A DNA stretch of 64,000 bases from contig OX597818.1 of NCBI GenBank assembly GCA_951406725.2, forward strand, positions 56,978,001-57,042,000. Reading direction: 5' to 3'. This document shows, piece by piece, positions 63,812 to 64,000 of the stretch. The stretch is from Octopus vulgaris. Taxonomy: Eukaryota. Position numbers and translations under genes: made by a program. Position 1 is the stretch's first letter; the number at the start of each line of letters is the position of its first letter. The notes under the pieces were generated by a model. It worked only from the letters and a program-made list of their open reading frames with translations, was not told where the DNA came from and ran no database searches.

Positions 63812-64000
63812 CATACACACACAAAATGTATAATTTTAAAAATTGAAAATTATAAATTACCAAAAATATTGAAGAAAAACCCAACTGTAAATTACTCAAA
63901 TAATTGTGTCTTTTTTCCATACCTAAAGATATCCCAGCTATTTTTTCTTGTCTGGTGTAAATTTTTGGTTTTGAAATCCAATTTTTATATGGAATGTCAT

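Overview
AT-rich, microsatellite- and transposon-dense animal genomic DNA. The SINE/LINE landscape looks like an Octopus or other coleoid cephalopod genome; this is my inference from repeat style and is not verified. The only host gene I can support is the 3' half of a RasGRP/CalDAG-GEF gene on the + strand. It has 8 GT-AG exons between 5018 and 43043 that splice into one frame encoding the end of the CDC25 GEF domain, two canonical EF-hands, a typical DAG-binding C1 domain, an LC8-type TQT motif, a coiled coil and a C-terminal ESEV PDZ-type ligand. Its 5' exons lie upstream of the window. Almost all listed ORFs are microsatellite or repeat artefacts. The rest is TEs: several tRNA-SINE families; RTE, CR1 and R4/Dong LINE fragments; a hAT fossil; a near full-length mariner; two Helitrons; TTAA MITE arrays; and Tigger-like MITEs. 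The most interesting unexplained signal is a set of hammerhead-ribozyme motifs in Penelope-like termini. One is fully canonical (49133-49214, minus strand). Others sit in TSD-flanked composite elements that join a tRNA-like Pol III promoter, an (AAT)n tract and inverted hammerhead-bearing ends. Several long intronic fold-backs are also present.
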